From Butyrivibrio sp. (GTDB lineage Bacteria > Bacillota > Clostridia > Lachnospirales > Lachnospiraceae), in the NCBI GenBank assembly GCA_051880035.1, contig JBJENE010000014.1:1-64000 (forward strand): 64,000 nucleotides of DNA, in the 5' to 3' direction. This document shows positions 61,989 to 64,000 of the stretch, one piece after another. Position numbers and translations under genes: made by a program. Every line of letters begins with the position of its first letter. Positions within the stretch are counted from its first letter, which is position 1. The notes beneath the pieces were generated by a model. It worked only from the letters and a program-made list of their open reading frames with translations. It did no database searches and had not been told where the DNA came from.

Positions 61989-63386
61989 TTAAAGCTCCCA
62001 GACTTTTTTTAAAATACCAAGTCCCTCCATTATCTGTTCTCCGGCAAGCCGTGCATAACCGAGAATTATTACCGGCTTGTTCTTCTTAACACTGCCTATG
62101 TAATAATCCGAAAGCGCATACACCTGAATCCCTGCTTTCTCTGCTGTATCCACAAGTTCTTCTTCGCTCATTCCGTTATCGATACACACAAGCATATGTG
62201 CGCCGGCATTTTCACCGTATATCTGTGTATTTTTCCATGTCTTGATTTCCGCAAGCATAGTATCATGCTTACTTTTGTATATTTTTCTCATTCTGTTCAG
62301 ATGTCTTTCGAATCCGCCGCTTCCCATAAATATTTCCATAAGTTTCTGGTCAATTCTGGAAATTGTATTGCTGTAGTATGAACGGGTCTTCTCATACTCT
62401 TTATACAGTCCCGACGGAAGAACCATATAGCTCATTCGTATTGCCGGGGAGACCGATTTGGAAAATGTTCCGATGTATATTACTTTTCCGTCGGTATCAT
62501 ATCCCTGCAGAGCCGGAATGGGTTTACCCTTATATCTGAATTCGCTGTCATAATCATCTTCTATTATATATCTGCCGGCTTTTTTCTTGGCCCATGTCAG
62601 CAGCTCCATGCGTCTTCCGATACTCATAACAATACCAAGCGGATACTGATGTGACGGTGTAACATACGCAACATCCGCTCCGGACTTTTCCAATTCACTG
62701 ATGTTCATTCCGTTGCTGTCCATATCAACGGGAATTATTTTTCTTCCCAGACCCGAAAAAATATGAAAAGACTTAAGATATGCCGGATTTTCCATGGCAA
62801 CCACCGACTGTGAATCCAAAATAAGATGTATAATCATGAGCAGACTTTCGTTTCCGGCTCCCACAATAATCTGTTCCGGATTCGTTCTGACTCCTCTTGC
62901 TGCCATAAGATACGCGGCAATTTCTTTTCTGAGGCCTTCATCTCCTCTTACATCCCCACTGTTAAAAAGTCCGTTATTTTCGGGAACCATTACCTGCTTT
63001 GCAATTTTTCTCCATTCATTATACGGGAAATGGCTTGTTTCAATACCATTTGGAGAAAAACATATTTTATATTTGTTAATACTTTTGTTTTCTTCTCCAC
63101 GGTTAGCATTATCATCTATGATACTTTTAAAGGTTTCTTCCATTTTAAGAACAATATATCCTTTTTGCGGTACCGAATCAATATATCCTTCAGCCAGAAG
63201 CTGGTCATATGCCATTAAAACGGTACTTCGGCTTACCTGCAGAAAAACGGCAAGCGCCCTTGATGAAGGAAGAAATGTACCCTCCGTAATATTTCCCGCA
63301 GAAATTTCTTTCTTAATAAATTCATATATTTGCAGATATGCGGGTGTTTTGGATGTGCTGTCGATGAAAATTGCAAGTTCTTTCAT
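61989..63386 (-). CDS. MocR/GabR-family regulator (GntR-type HTH + PLP-dependent aminotransferase-like domain)
   Basis: N-terminal GntR HTH ...LPSSRALAVFLQVSRSTVLMAYDQLLAEGYI; the about 350-aa C-terminus has a fold-type I aminotransferase pattern. Confidence 0.8.
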   Translation of the reverse strand: MKELAIFIDSTSKTPAYLQIYEFIKKEISAGNITEGTFLPSSRALAVFLQVSRSTVLMAYDQLLAEGYIDSVPQKGYIVLKMEETFKSIIDDNANRGEENKSINKYKICFSPNGIETSHFPYNEWRKIAKQVMVPENNGLFNSGDVRGDEGLRKEIAAYLMAARGVRTNPEQIIVGAGNESLLMIIHLILDSQSVVAMENPAYLKSFHIFSGLGRKIIPVDMDSNGMNISELEKSGADVAYVTPSHQYPLGIVMSIGRRMELLTWAKKKAGRYIIEDDYDSEFRYKGKPIPALQGYDTDGKVIYIGTFSKSVSPAIRMSYMVLPSGLYKEYEKTRSYYSNTISRIDQKLMEIFMGSGGFERHLNRMRKIYKSKHDTMLAEIKTWKNTQIYGENAGAHMLVCIDNGMSEEELVDTAEKAGIQVYALSDYYIGSVKKNKPVIILGYARLAGEQIMEGLGILKKVWEL

Positions 63387-63510
63387 AATTTATCCCTTTT
63401 TAAAGACTTCCGTCATAACATAAGCTAATAATACCATTTCTGTTTTCGTTGTACAAGTTGTGTGTTTTTGATATACTACCAATATAATCCTTTTAGTAAA
63501 CGGAGGCTGT

Positions 63511-64000
63511 AATGAAAGAAAAACTTTATTCCATACCTGTAAACGATGCTTTTACGGCTGATTGCGAATGTCCGATCTGCCTTATGCGCAAAAAACTTGA
63601 AGATGATGCCGTTGACTATACCATGGGACCAAGCTACATGGAAGATGACACAAGAGCCCTGACCGATGCATCCGGATTCTGCGAAAAACATATCCGTATG
63701 GTGTATAATAAAGACAACCGCCTTGGAATGGCATGGGTCATGAAGACTCATTACGACAAAACAATTCGTGATGTCAAAAAAATAATGCCTCAGGGTCCGG
63801 CCAAAATGCTTAAAAAAGGCGCTGCCGCTTCTCCTGTCATTCAATATCTTGATAAACTTAACAGTTCATGCTTTGTATGTGACAGAATAAATCAGTTTTT
63901 TGACAGATATGTTGATACAATCTTTTATTTATGGAAATCTGACCCGGATTTCAAGGATAAATTTAAGAACTGTAAAGGATTCTGTTCTGAGCACTACAGT
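63511..64000 (+). CDS. Cys-rich hypothetical protein (DUF-type, possible metal-binding); 3' end beyond window
   Basis: GGAGG RBS then MKEKLYSIPVNDAFTADCECPICLMRKK...; several CxxC/CxC pairs; open to the window end, so absent from the ORF track. The antisense ORF 63476..63844 is judged spurious. Confidence 0.45.

Noticed and set aside
63476-63844. 122-aa minus-strand ORF
   Set aside because: Overlaps a plus-strand ORF that has a strong GGAGG RBS, a promoter-like upstream region and protein-like Cys-rich sequence; the minus ORF is His/Phe-rich junk.

Overview
This 64 kb window looks like a low-GC Firmicutes chromosome (Clostridia or Lachnospiraceae-like), with genes almost all on the minus strand. 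No rRNA, tRNA or CRISPR array is detected. The housekeeping backbone is confidently identified: rlmD (partial), pcrA, the pspA/ydjI-like pair, trpS, lgt, bioB, ppdK, glyQS-recO-era, an M16 peptidase, a riboflavin ECF S-component behind a clear FMN riboswitch, guaB, and groES-groEL behind a canonical CIRCE operator, then ogg and a MocR regulator. An accessory-looking stretch sits at about 19.9-37.8 kb. It holds two TetR+MFS pairs and a five-gene minus-strand operon TetR-MFS-APH-ANT(AadA-like)-GNAT, which combines three antibiotic-modifying enzyme folds. Next to it is a cytoplasmic PBP-I/degenerate-GGDEF/EAL protein and a frameshifted surface-protein remnant. The same stretch carries a HEPN/MNT toxin-antitoxin cassette bounded by 19-bp direct repeats. 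Further along is a strongly AT-rich island encoding a lipoprotein with ten DnaJ-type CxxCxGxG zinc-finger repeats, an O-antigen-ligase-like membrane protein with a large inserted ectodomain, a 701-aa anchored surface protein and a 278-aa protein with a putative PD-(D/E)xK (Vsr/DUF559-like) C-terminus. Other notable items: a ~38-nt conserved hairpin element in two copies with a compensatory stem change, sitting just 3' of two minus-strand genes near the two edges of the accessory stretch; and a CpsB/YwqE-like PHP phosphatase homolog with its metal-binding histidines replaced, translationally coupled to a GGDEF/degenerate-EAL protein. Paralogous small single-TM proteins with poly-acidic aromatic tails also occur at both ends of the window. 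All functional calls rest on motif-level recognition by eye, since no database searches could be run.
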